A DNA stretch of 64,000 nt from a virus (lineage: Duplodnaviria > Caudoviricetes): positions 143 to 64,142 of IMG/VR virus record IMGVR_UViG_3300027976_000036; one strand, 5' to 3'. The translations under genes were made by a program, and so were the position numbers. The notes under the pieces were generated by a model. It saw only the letters and a program-made list of their open reading frames with translations, was not told the DNA's origin and did no database searches. Below are positions 9,477 through 19,140 of this stretch, piece after piece (the stretch's first letter is position 1; every line of letters starts with the position of its first letter).

Positions 9477-12400
9477 ATGAGTAAAATTAAATTTGTCGGA
9501 TTACATGCTCATTCTGGTCTATCTATTTTAGATGGTTTTGGGGCTCCTTCAGAACATCTTGACTTTGCCCAACAGAATGGGTTAGAAGCGTTTGTATTCA
9601 CTGAACATGGTCACATGAACAGTCTATCTTTCCATTTTATTCATCATCAAAAGATGAAAAAAGAAGGTAGGGCTATTAAGCCAATTTATGGTATTGAAGC
9701 ATATTATCATGATTCAATTGATGAATGGAGGGAGCTAAAGGCTAATCGCGTAATTGAAAAAGATAAATCCTCGTCTGAAACAAATTTTGAAAATGAAGAA
9801 GAATCAAAAACAAACTTTAAAAAGAAAGATCCTATTCGGTTTAGGTCTCATCTTGTTATTTTGGCTAAAAATCAGAAAGGATTAGAAAACCTTTACAAAT
9901 TGACATCCATGTCAAATACTGGTGATAATTATTATTATTTTCCACGTATTGATATGAAAATGTTAAAAGAACATTCTGAAGGTTTGATTTTATCTTCAGC
10001 GTGCCTTGGTTCACATTTAATGAATCAATATTGGCACAATCGCGATAAAACGGATGATGAAATTTTTCAACTGATGCTTGAAAAAGCATCAGGCTTCAAA
10101 GATGTATTTGGACAAGATTATTATCTTGAGCTACAATGGAATTCTATACCTGAGCAACACTGGTACAACACTAAACTAATTGAAATTTCTAAAATTTTAG
10201 ACTTACATCTCTTATCAACGTGCGACTCTCATTATCCCAAGCCGGCTGACTGGAAAGATAGGGAGATTTACAAAAGGCTCAAGTTTCTTAATCAGAAGAA
10301 TTTTGATAATACCCTGCCCGAAACAGTTGAGGATGTTGGATATGACATTTACCCTAAAAACGGGGACCAAATGTGGGAGTCGTATAAATCATATTCAAAA
10401 AAATGTGGATATATATATGACGATCAATTGATTTTAGAATCAATTGAGAGAAGTTTTGATATTGCAATGAATCAAATTGAAAACGTGATTCCTGATACGA
10501 GTATCAAACTTCCTTCTTTTGCTACACCTAAAAACAAAAGTGTTTCGCAGGCACTTGAGGAAATGTGTAGAGAAGAATTAATCAAACGTGGATTAGATAA
10601 GGACGAAGTCTACAGCAAGAGGATGGAATATGAATTATCCGTAATTAATGCTCGTGATTTTGGTAGTTACTTTCTAACTACCAAGCAAATCACAGACATT
10701 AGTAAAGATTATTGTATTTCTTATAATGGTCGTGGTTCAGCAGCCGGTTCATTTGTTTCATATTTGCTTGGAATTCATCAAGTTGACCCTATTAAATGGG
10801 GAACATCATTTGAACGGTTTCTTCGACCATCTGATACAAGTTTGCCAGATATTGATATTGATATCACTTCAAATTTTAAGAATATTTCTTTAGATGTATT
10901 CAAGAGCCATTGGGGTGAGGACACTATTGTCAATATCAGTAACTTAAATACTTTTAAAATTAAATCCTTATTAAAAGATATTACCAAGTTTTATAATATT
11001 CCTTTTCAAGAAGTTAATGAAGTATCAGTCAAGATGATTGATGAAGCCATGCCACGAGCAAAAGAGGCTCACGGTATTACGGCGGGCGTTTATGAGCCTA
11101 CACTTGAAGAAGTATTGGAATATTCAGAATCTTTCAAAGGATTCATCAACAAATATCCATTCGTGTTTGATCACATCAAGAATCTATTAGGTGAGGTTCG
11201 AAACCTTTCCTGTCATGCCGGCGGGGTGATCATCTTGGACGATGTGAGCGCCAAATTGCCCCTTATCAGCGTGAAGGGCACCCTACAGACACCTTGGGTA
11301 GAGGGTATGGCAGGGAGGCACCTAGAGGCTCTAGGATACGTGAAATTTGACCTCCTTGGTCTAAAGACTTTGGATCAGATTGAGGCTTGTATTGAATCTA
11401 TTTTAAAAAGGTCCAAACAACCATATGCCAAGAAAGATGTAATCAGTTGGTATAACGAAAATTTACACCCTGACAAAATTGACTTCAATATTGAACAGGT
11501 TTATGAGAATGTTTTTGATAAGATGAATTTCCTATCCATTTTCCAGTTTACCGAAAATGGAGCCCAATCTTTTGCTAATCAATTTAAACCACGAAGTCTA
11601 TTAGATATTTGTGTAATTACCAGTATTTATAGGCCCGGCCCATTATCATCCAATGTTGATAAAAAGTTTCTTAAAGCCAAAGAATTTCCTGAAGAAGTTG
11701 TTTATATTCATCCCTTGGTTAAAGATATTCTTGGACTCACATTTGGCATGGTTATTTTTCAAGAAGATATCCCAAAGATTCTATGTTCTTTAGGAGAAGA
11801 AATTTCTCAAGATGAAGGACAATTAGTAAGAAAAATTCTTATTAAAAAAGGACTGTCAAAAGGTTTATCAGAAATAAGCGATATTGTTGAAAGATTTCAC
11901 AGGGGGTGTATAAAATTAGGTCTTACACGAACTGAAAGTAATGAAATAATGAAATCACTTGAAGAATTTGCTCGCTATGCATTTTCTTATAATCACGCCC
12001 TCTCATATTCAATGATTTCATATCAATGTTCGTATTTATTTACTTTTTATCAAGATGATTGGTGTGCCTCTTATCTTGATACAGAATCAGCAGAATCAGC
12101 TGATTCAAAACAAAAAAGTATTATGAACATTCAAAAATTAGGATATGAAATCCTTTTACCTGATATTAATTTATCTCAAGAAAAATGGAAAATTTTAGGT
12201 GATAATAATTTACTAGCACCTTTTACGATGGTAAAAGGAATGGGCTCTAAATCAATTGAGCAAATTATTAATAACCAACCATTTAAAAACATTGAACACT
12301 TTTTGTTTAATCCGAATATTTCCTATTCAGCACTTAATATTAGAAAAATAAAGGATTTAGCATCTGGTGGTATTTTAGATTCATTAAAAGATAATAGGTT

Positions 12401-12938
12401 TTTAAATAAAAAACATTTTTTCCAATCTATTGAGCTAAAAAACGCAAGAAAAGTTGACAAAAATAACTTTTCTGAAATTATTGCTTATGGAAAGTTAACA
12501 GAAAAACAAATTGATTTATTTTCTCCTACTAAACAAGAATTAAAATTATCAGATATAGAAGAATTTTCTAAGCAAGAAATTCTAATGCAAAAAATTGAAA
12601 TCCTTGGTTATTATGATATGAAATTAATCTTAAACGCAAAAAGAGAAGCATTTTTACATAAGAATAGTATTCAAAATATTTCTTCATATAGCGCAGAAGA
12701 TAACACTGTTTGGTTTATCCCAATTGAAAAAACAGCTAAAATCAGCAAGAATACTCAAAAACATTATGTTGAAATAGTTGTATTGGATGATACATTCAAT
12801 AAATATAAAATATTTTGTTTTAATATATTTGAAATTAGTATTGAATTACACAATATTTATGTTGCCACAATTGACTCTTTCAATAGTTTTTTTGGATTTA
12901 CAATTTTTGATGCTAAACAAAAACTTATAAAATTATAA
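9477..12938 (+). CDS. dnaE: DNA polymerase III alpha subunit (family C)
   Basis: PHP domain (LHAHS...DG, TEHG, DSHY), GRGSAAGS, FERFL, PDIDID, HAGGV, KFDLLGL, YRPGP, FQE. Confidence 0.95.
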   Translation: MSKIKFVGLHAHSGLSILDGFGAPSEHLDFAQQNGLEAFVFTEHGHMNSLSFHFIHHQKMKKEGRAIKPIYGIEAYYHDSIDEWRELKANRVIEKDKSSSETNFENEEESKTNFKKKDPIRFRSHLVILAKNQKGLENLYKLTSMSNTGDNYYYFPRIDMKMLKEHSEGLILSSACLGSHLMNQYWHNRDKTDDEIFQLMLEKASGFKDVFGQDYYLELQWNSIPEQHWYNTKLIEISKILDLHLLSTCDSHYPKPADWKDREIYKRLKFLNQKNFDNTLPETVEDVGYDIYPKNGDQMWESYKSYSKKCGYIYDDQLILESIERSFDIAMNQIENVIPDTSIKLPSFATPKNKSVSQALEEMCREELIKRGLDKDEVYSKRMEYELSVINARDFGSYFLTTKQITDISKDYCISYNGRGSAAGSFVSYLLGIHQVDPIKWGTSFERFLRPSDTSLPDIDIDITSNFKNISLDVFKSHWGEDTIVNISNLNTFKIKSLLKDITKFYNIPFQEVNEVSVKMIDEAMPRAKEAHGITAGVYEPTLEEVLEYSESFKGFINKYPFVFDHIKNLLGEVRNLSCHAGGVIILDDVSAKLPLISVKGTLQTPWVEGMAGRHLEALGYVKFDLLGLKTLDQIEACIESILKRSKQPYAKKDVISWYNENLHPDKIDFNIEQVYENVFDKMNFLSIFQFTENGAQSFANQFKPRSLLDICVITSIYRPGPLSSNVDKKFLKAKEFPEEVVYIHPLVKDILGLTFGMVIFQEDIPKILCSLGEEISQDEGQLVRKILIKKGLSKGLSEISDIVERFHRGCIKLGLTRTESNEIMKSLEEFARYAFSYNHALSYSMISYQCSYLFTFYQDDWCASYLDTESAESADSKQKSIMNIQKLGYEILLPDINLSQEKWKILGDNNLLAPFTMVKGMGSKSIEQIINNQPFKNIEHFLFNPNISYSALNIRKIKDLASGGILDSLKDNRFLNKKHFFQSIELKNARKVDKNNFSEIIAYGKLTEKQIDLFSPTKQELKLSDIEEFSKQEILMQKIEILGYYDMKLILNAKREAFLHKNSIQNISSYSAEDNTVWFIPIEKTAKISKNTQKHYVEIVVLDDTFNKYKIFCFNIFEISIELHNIYVATIDSFNSFFGFTIFDAKQKLIKL

Positions 12939-12966
12939 TTGACAATAATATCAAGGTGGATATACT
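12939..12966 (+). promoter_or_regulatory. Putative promoter (TTGACA plus GTGGATATACT)
   Basis: Perfect -35 hexamer, 16-nt spacer, then TATACT. A near-identical copy lies at 26083. Confidence 0.6.
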
Positions 12967-13022
12967 TGGGTGTCGAGTAAACAGACTCTAGTTAATTACC
13001 AATTTACCATAAAAGGAATAAA

Positions 13023-13457
13023 ATGTCAAGTACTTTAAAGATTAAACTTTTACGAGAAAGTAGCCAACTACCATTCCAAAAAAGCGATGAAGATGCAGGT
13101 TACGATCTGTATTATTGTGGAACAGAAGGTATTTTTATTGATGCGGGTCAAGGGGCTTTAATTCCAACTGGAATTTCTACATCTTTTGATAAGGAATATG
13201 TTCTAGAGATTAAGAATCGTAGTTCTGTTGCATCTAAGAAAAGTCTTATTGTAGGTGCTCATATTGTAGATTCTGGTTATCGCGGAGAGATTTTTGTAAA
13301 TTTACATAACGTAAGTAACAAGTCTCAAATTGTTAAACCCGGCGAGCGTGTTGCTCAATTTCTGTTTTATAAAATTGAACACCCAATTTTGCTAGTTCTT
13401 CAGGATTTAGAAGAATCTTCCCGTGGCGTAGGTGGGTTTGGCTCAACAGGGCAATAA
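13023..13457 (+). CDS. dut: Trimeric dUTPase
   Basis: AGYDL, RSS, VDSGYRGE, RVAQ, RGVGGFGSTG motifs I-V. Confidence 0.95.
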   Translation: MSSTLKIKLLRESSQLPFQKSDEDAGYDLYYCGTEGIFIDAGQGALIPTGISTSFDKEYVLEIKNRSSVASKKSLIVGAHIVDSGYRGEIFVNLHNVSNKSQIVKPGERVAQFLFYKIEHPILLVLQDLEESSRGVGGFGSTGQ

Positions 13458-13458
13458 T

Positions 13459-14133
13459 ATGAAAATCTTACTTAGAAAAATCTTCACTCTGTTTGCGTTA
13501 ATGCCTATATTTTTTGTGATGCCAATATTGGCAATCACAATAATTTTTGGCATTTTTGATACCGTTGGTATTATTTGGTTAATAAATTGTGCAATTGTTA
13601 CGCCTATTTTTATATATAGTACTTATTCACACAGAGTTATTAATAGCGTGTCAGAAGATAGTCTATTTTTTCAATCATTATTAATTAAATATAATGGTTT
13701 GATTAATAGTCCTGAGTTTTGGGAAAACGACCCTAAATACATTGCAAAATGTTCAAGAGCTAGGAAAAATATTGTTTGGTTTTTGCGTATGAAAGTTGTG
13801 GTAATAGATATACTTAAAAGGTATCCTACGTTTTTTGCATCTTTTTATATGATGCATGTAACAAATTTTGAAAATTCATATCATAATCAATTTCCTTGTA
13901 AACCTGGAATGTTTGTGTATATAGAAGAGCGTTTAATTCTTACTATTATATATAATTTGAAACTTGATACCAGTGTCAAAGTAACCTTTGACGACGAAGA
14001 TCCATTAAAAGTTGTTAAGTTTCAGATATTTAACCAAGACGGATCATTAAAGGATACATATTATCCTAACGATAATGGAAAATTTATTATTGACAACAAC
14101 AGGGAAAAAGATGAAAGAATTATTTTGCTTTGA
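13459..14133 (+). CDS. Hypothetical membrane protein
   Basis: Two N-terminal hydrophobic segments. Confidence 0.6.
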   Translation: MKILLRKIFTLFALMPIFFVMPILAITIIFGIFDTVGIIWLINCAIVTPIFIYSTYSHRVINSVSEDSLFFQSLLIKYNGLINSPEFWENDPKYIAKCSRARKNIVWFLRMKVVVIDILKRYPTFFASFYMMHVTNFENSYHNQFPCKPGMFVYIEERLILTIIYNLKLDTSVKVTFDDEDPLKVVKFQIFNQDGSLKDTYYPNDNGKFIIDNNREKDERIILL

Positions 14134-15181
14134 TGACTTTGTGATGTTACCACTATATTCAGAAATTGAATCTAGGTTTACAGTTGACACAACTGTAAAC
14201 ATAGAAAAGAAAGATGTTGATACTAATGAAGTTATCTCTCTATGGAGATTTAATAGTCCTATTATCTCTGCGCCTATGTCTAACGTAACTGATTATGAAA
14301 TGTGTTCGGCTATGGGTAACATCAACTCCATGGCAATTCTACACAGATTTCAATCATTGGAGAGCAAGCTTGAGAAACTTAAAAAGCTTAAAAGTGAACA
14401 TAATTTTACTTTTACTTCGGTCGCGGTAGGTGTTCAACAACAAGATTATGATGATCTGTTAGCATATATTGATGTTGGAGTAGATCTTATTTGTGTTGAT
14501 GTGGCGCACGGCGTCAATATTAAAACATTAAAATTTGTTGAACATGCAAAAAAATTACTAAGTGGAACAGGTATTTTCCTTGTAGTTGGTTCTATTTCTG
14601 ATCATACTCATATTAGTGAGTATATTTCTAGGGGTTTAAGTGTAGATGGTTATCGTGTAGGAATTGGCGGCGGTAGTATTTGCACCACTACTATTCAAAC
14701 AGGTCATGGCGTACCATTAGCTTCTAGTCTCTCTGTTATTCAAGAATATAGAGACACACTACCTCCAAAAGATAATGATTTTTTCATAATTGCAGATGGT
14801 GGTATTAGAAATTCTGGCGATATTGTTAAGTCTTTATATCTTGGTGCTGATTTTGTCATGTGCGGTAGCTTACTTGCAGGCACAAAAGAATCGCCCGGCA
14901 ATTATGTGAGTATAAATGACAAACAATATAAACAATATTTTGGAATGGCATCCAAAGAAAATCAAGTCGGGAAAGATAATATTTACGAAGAAGGTATTTC
15001 ACACCACATCCCAGCAAAAGGATATGTACATTTAGAAATTAATAATTTAATGAACGGTGTTAGAAGTGGTTGTTCGTACTCAAATTGTAAATCAATTTAT
15101 GAGTTGCAAACTAAAGGTAAATCTTCTTTCATTACAAGTAATTCAATAGCTGAACGTAAGGCTCATATTCGTGAATTATAG
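14111..15181 (+). CDS. IMP dehydrogenase / GMP reductase family protein (no CBS domains)
   Basis: [24 protein letters not shown] (catalytic Cys), IIADGGI, GMAS, EG. Confidence 0.9.
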   Translation: MKELFCFDDFVMLPLYSEIESRFTVDTTVNIEKKDVDTNEVISLWRFNSPIISAPMSNVTDYEMCSAMGNINSMAILHRFQSLESKLEKLKKLKSEHNFTFTSVAVGVQQQDYDDLLAYIDVGVDLICVDVAHGVNIKTLKFVEHAKKLLSGTGIFLVVGSISDHTHISEYISRGLSVDGYRVGIGGGSICTTTIQTGHGVPLASSLSVIQEYRDTLPPKDNDFFIIADGGIRNSGDIVKSLYLGADFVMCGSLLAGTKESPGNYVSINDKQYKQYFGMASKENQVGKDNIYEEGISHHIPAKGYVHLEINNLMNGVRSGCSYSNCKSIYELQTKGKSSFITSNSIAERKAHIREL

Positions 15182-15572
15182 ATATCTTTTTATAAGAAAA
15201 AATAAAAAATTACCTTATACATACCCTTATAGTATGAGGCATATTTTAGCTAGATATATTTCACCAAGAGAATTAAACGCATTACTATCTAATGTAGATA
15301 GAATTAAGTTTATTTCCAAATTAGCAAGAAGAAAAATTGATCACATAGAATTTCTTGGTTTTTTTATTCACCACTTAATGAGAAATAAAGATTTAAGAAA
15401 CACCCTCTTCAAACGTTTTCAAAGAACTAAATACAAATTTAGAGATTTGAAACAAAAAGAGAAAAGGAAGATGTTAATAATTGAAAAAACTGCTATAAAC
15501 ATGAAGGAAATCTTTAATTTAAGCTACGAACCTGAAGAAATTCAAACATATTATAAAATACTTAATAATTAA
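15171..15572 (+). CDS. Hypothetical basic protein
   Basis: ORF overlapping the upstream stop. K/R-rich. Confidence 0.5.
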   Translation: MNYRYLFIRKNKKLPYTYPYSMRHILARYISPRELNALLSNVDRIKFISKLARRKIDHIEFLGFFIHHLMRNKDLRNTLFKRFQRTKYKFRDLKQKEKRKMLIIEKTAINMKEIFNLSYEPEEIQTYYKILNN

Positions 15573-15580
15573 ACTATTTA
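15573..15580 (+). promoter_or_regulatory. Candidate late-promoter motif ACTATTTA
   Basis: The same 8-mer lies ~25-37 nt upstream of this gene and of the giant gene (50378-50385, -). Confidence 0.35.
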
Positions 15581-15605
15581 ACACTATAGTTTCTCGGAGA
15601 AAAAT

Positions 15606-16241
15606 ATGAAAACAAAAAAAATGATCAATGAAAGTACTCAGCGAAGAATGGCCGCTTTAGCTGGTATCAGGCTTTTGACAGAATCTGAAGATTTTGATAT
15701 GGAGACTGATGATGATGAAATGACAGGTGGTTTTGGCGGACCTCCTACAGACGGACCTCCTGCACCCGTAGGTGCAGATCTAGGTGGTATGGGCGGCGGT
15801 GATGACGAATTTGACGATCTAGATGACGTCGGCGATGATTTCGGGGGCGATGATTTCGGGGGCGATGATTTCGGAGACGATGATTTCGGAGGTGGTGGTG
15901 ACCTCGGCGGCTTTGGCGACGGCGACGACGGCGGCGAAACGGTTTCGGTTTCACGATCAGAACTAGAGCAAATGCGCAGCTTGATTGATGGATTGCTCGG
16001 TGGCGGCGGTGGCGGTGCAGATATCGATCTCACTGGCGATATGGGCGATGACGACTTAGACGGCGACCTAGAAGACGACATGGGTGGACTAGAAGACGAC
16101 ATGGGTGGATTTGAAGATGACTTAGAAGAGGAAGAAATTCTTCCCGAATCCAAGAGAAAACCCGGTAAATTAGTTGAATCATTGACCAATAGAGTTTATG
16201 ATAGACTACTAAAAGAAAGTCTTAATAGAAAGAAAAAGTAA
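15606..16241 (+). CDS. Gly/Asp-rich low-complexity protein, possibly head-internal
   Basis: N-terminal INESTQRRMAALAGI and C-terminal LVESLTNRVYDRLLKE flank acidic GDDFG repeats. GGAG RBS upstream and a terminator downstream. Confidence 0.6.
   Translation: MKTKKMINESTQRRMAALAGIRLLTESEDFDMETDDDEMTGGFGGPPTDGPPAPVGADLGGMGGGDDEFDDLDDVGDDFGGDDFGGDDFGDDDFGGGGDLGGFGDGDDGGETVSVSRSELEQMRSLIDGLLGGGGGGADIDLTGDMGDDDLDGDLEDDMGGLEDDMGGFEDDLEEEEILPESKRKPGKLVESLTNRVYDRLLKESLNRKKK
15831..15890 (+). repeat. 15-bp coding tandem repeat (GGCGATGATTTCGGG-like, ~4 copies; GDDFG)
   Basis: Seen directly. Confidence 0.8.
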
Positions 16242-16259
16242 GTAATTTTATTAAGATAC

Positions 16260-16290
16260 AAGGGCAATATTGAAAAATATTGCCCTTTTT
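16260..16290 (+). terminator. Intrinsic terminator
   Basis: AAGGGCAATATT-GAAA-AATATTGCCCTT followed by a T-run. Confidence 0.85.
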
Positions 16291-16327
16291 CATTTTTATG
16301 AAATTACTTATTGTTACATTATAAGTC

Positions 16328-16338
16328 GTGTTTATACT
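16328..16338 (+). promoter_or_regulatory. Putative promoter motif GTGnnTATAST
   Basis: GTGTTTATACT located between the terminator and the ClpP start. Confidence 0.55.
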
Positions 16339-16364
16339 TGTACGCAATCACCAAAGGTAAGAAC

Positions 16365-16973
16365 ATGGAAGAAATTATTGAACTTGTTTCTGCAAATTCA
16401 TGCGAAGATGAAAGTGAGATATTGGCGACAGTGACTAACAGGCTATATTTCTTCGGGGAAGTAGAAGAAGAAAATTCTCTCAAATTTATTAAAGAATTGC
16501 ACGAAATGACTGATATTTTAATATATTATTATGAAAAGTATACAGATAAATTTATCGAGAAATTTGGAAACAATTTAATTATATATTTATCAACTCAAGG
16601 TGGAAGTATACACGAAGGTTTTGCAATTTATCAAGCTATTAAAGAATGCTCAAGGTATTTCAACATTGTTATTCATTGTTATGGTAAGATTATGTCGGCT
16701 GGTTTATTGATCCTTGCAGCGGGTAATGAGAGAGTTTCGTCACAAAATACTACTTTTATGGTCCATGAAGCATGGTTGAGCGCCACGGGGCATACTTCGC
16801 ACCTACTTAATGAGACGAGTGACTTGAAAAGGATAAGTCACAAGTACCTCGAAACCCTAAAAAAAGAATTTGGCAATGACGGAATTAGAAATTTAATTAA
16901 ACCAAATATTAATACTTATTTTTCTACAACTAAAGCCAAGCGATTAAATATTCTCACCAAAATTATTCGATAA
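16365..16973 (+). CDS. ClpP-like serine protease
   Basis: LYFFGEV, IYLSTQGGS, GKIMSAG (nucleophile Ser), FMVHE. Confidence 0.85.
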   Translation: MEEIIELVSANSCEDESEILATVTNRLYFFGEVEEENSLKFIKELHEMTDILIYYYEKYTDKFIEKFGNNLIIYLSTQGGSIHEGFAIYQAIKECSRYFNIVIHCYGKIMSAGLLILAAGNERVSSQNTTFMVHEAWLSATGHTSHLLNETSDLKRISHKYLETLKKEFGNDGIRNLIKPNINTYFSTTKAKRLNILTKIIR

Positions 16974-16985
16974 GGAGATATAATT

Positions 16986-17771
16986 ATGTTTAATTTTTTA
17001 AAAAGTTTTTATAACAAAAACAAAGACTTAGAAGAAAAGATGAAAGAGGAAACAGTAAAAGAATTAAATGGTTTTGCTTCTACTCTTTTAGATAATTTTA
17101 TTTTATGTGACGGTAAGAAGGTCCCAATTGATTGCAAGGTTATTCAAAAATCATTACCACCATCATGTTATCGAACAGAAAAAAAACCAAGACACCCTAA
17201 TATGATTGTGACCCATTGGGATGTGGCTCTTTCTGCAACAAGTTGCTTTAATATTCTCAAAAAAGTTTCTATTTCTACGCATTTTTGTATTGATAATGAT
17301 GGAACCATTTTTCAGTTTGTTGACACAAACAATATTGCTTGGCACGCTGGCCCGACTAGTATTGATAAAAAACAGTTCAAGGGTATAAAAGTTGCTTCTT
17401 GGAATAATAATTCAATTGGAGTTGATATTTCAAATGCATATTATCTCAAGTACCAAAACACTTACATTAAAAACGGATTTGGACCACGACCAATTATGAA
17501 TGCTAGAGTTCATAAAACAAATCTTGGTCCATTTTTAGGTTTTTACCCAAGACAAATTGAATCATATAAAAAATTAGTAAAGTGTTTAACTACACAATAT
17601 AACATTCCTCTTGTTTGTCCGTCTAATATAGATGGTATTTGTGATGAGGCTGTAATCGGTGAATTCAATGGTGTGTTAAATCACTATAATTTAACGCGCA
17701 ACAAAATTGATTGCGCCGGGTTGGATTTGCCAACTCTATTAGAAGAAATAAGGAAAAATACTAGTGGATAA
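16986..17771 (+). CDS. N-acetylmuramoyl-L-alanine amidase (Amidase_2), probable endolysin
   Basis: IVTHW, STHFCIDNDG, AWHAG, NNNSIGVD, H...KIDC. Confidence 0.85.
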   Translation: MFNFLKSFYNKNKDLEEKMKEETVKELNGFASTLLDNFILCDGKKVPIDCKVIQKSLPPSCYRTEKKPRHPNMIVTHWDVALSATSCFNILKKVSISTHFCIDNDGTIFQFVDTNNIAWHAGPTSIDKKQFKGIKVASWNNNSIGVDISNAYYLKYQNTYIKNGFGPRPIMNARVHKTNLGPFLGFYPRQIESYKKLVKCLTTQYNIPLVCPSNIDGICDEAVIGEFNGVLNHYNLTRNKIDCAGLDLPTLLEEIRKNTSG

Positions 17772-19140
17772 TATTATAAAATCAGTAATCTTACTTCAAA
17801 CTCAGGAAATATCTGAGATCGAAACCTTGTTAGGTAAATATCCTGGATATTTACGTAAATTGTTTAAAAAAAACAATCTACCTTCTCCGTCTATATTCAC
17901 TAATTTAAAAAAATTAGTGATATTATCTGAAGACGACAAGACAAATATTAAAATTTTATATGAAAATTATTTTGGGAAGTCTAAAACAGTTAAACAGATT
18001 TCAAAAGATTTAAATATTCCCGATTATATTATTAAATCTTTTCTCAAAGAAAATAATATAACTCATGATTCAAATATTCTTTCATATGAAGAAGAAAATC
18101 TAGAAAAAGAAATTAAAAAAATTGTTAATTTTAAATTACAGAAAAATTTAGAAGATAAAAAACTTTCAGAAATTAAAACCAATTCAGACAAGTGGTTAAC
18201 TTGGAAGGATTCGTTTTTAGAACCATTTATTAATTTTTGCAAGACCCATAAGCATATCAATATCCCGATTGAAGAATCTTCTAAAAAAAGCGAATATTGC
18301 ATTGTCCTACCTGTCCAAGATTTCCATTGGGGTAAGGTGACCAATTATAATGAAATCAATAAAACTTCTCAAAATAGTTATGAAATCCTAGAAAGTAGAT
18401 TAGTGCATTGCACAGCGAACTTAATCGGAAATGCTAAAAACTTTGGCGTTGCCGAAGAGATCTATTTAACTGTTGGTGGCGACTTTTTCAATATGGATAC
18501 TTGGACGGGAACAACAACTGCTGGAACTGCTCAAGATAATGAGAATTCAATTGTTAATGCTTTGTTAAGCGGACTTATGTTAAAAGTTGCCTATATTAAT
18601 TATTTACTCGATAGTGGAGTTACTAATAAAATCAACCTAATTGTAACACCCGGCAATCATGATAGATTAAGTTCTATTTCTCTTTATACAATGATATCAT
18701 TATTTTTTATGAACAATGACAGAGTATGTAGCAAGTTAAAAGATGAACTAGTCGGTCAAAATGTTGGTATTGACAATTATATGTCAATTGCTAATAATTT
18801 AGATGTTAGAACTAGACAATATGTCAAATATGGGAACACTTTAATCTGCTTCACACATGGCGATGGGATGAAAGCCGAAGACCTTCCACTCACAATCGCC
18901 CAAGAAGCACGCGAAATGTGGGGACAAACAGAAAATTGTGTATTCTTCAATGGTCACTTTCACCACAAAATTGTAAAAGAATTCTCTGGTGTTATCCAAT
19001 TCCAAGTGGGTTCTCTATCGGGCGCTGATAGGTGGCACCAAAATAAAGGATATGTCACCAGCAATAAGACATTAAGCTTCTTTTTATTAAATAAAGATAA
19101 TGGCGTATTCGCAGAATTATGTGAGAAGGTTAGGTTTTAA
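17764..19140 (+). CDS. Calcineurin-like metallophosphoesterase with N-terminal HTH-like region
   Basis: DFHWG, GGDFFN, PGNHD, THGD, GHFHH. Confidence 0.85.
   Translation: MDNIIKSVILLQTQEISEIETLLGKYPGYLRKLFKKNNLPSPSIFTNLKKLVILSEDDKTNIKILYENYFGKSKTVKQISKDLNIPDYIIKSFLKENNITHDSNILSYEEENLEKEIKKIVNFKLQKNLEDKKLSEIKTNSDKWLTWKDSFLEPFINFCKTHKHINIPIEESSKKSEYCIVLPVQDFHWGKVTNYNEINKTSQNSYEILESRLVHCTANLIGNAKNFGVAEEIYLTVGGDFFNMDTWTGTTTAGTAQDNENSIVNALLSGLMLKVAYINYLLDSGVTNKINLIVTPGNHDRLSSISLYTMISLFFMNNDRVCSKLKDELVGQNVGIDNYMSIANNLDVRTRQYVKYGNTLICFTHGDGMKAEDLPLTIAQEAREMWGQTENCVFFNGHFHHKIVKEFSGVIQFQVGSLSGADRWHQNKGYVTSNKTLSFFLLNKDNGVFAELCEKVRF

Noticed and set aside
783-12938. Inteins or introns in helicase, nrdJ, dnaE
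   Set aside because: Lengths are normal, motifs are contiguous, and there are no intein splice or LAGLIDADG/HNH signatures.
15638-16189. Pro/Ser-rich - strand ORF and other antisense ORFs in the track (e.g. 2890-3276, 29356-29742, 37086-37622, 57004-57570)
   Set aside because: These are shadows of real genes on the opposite strand, with no RBS and a composition mirroring the sense codons.
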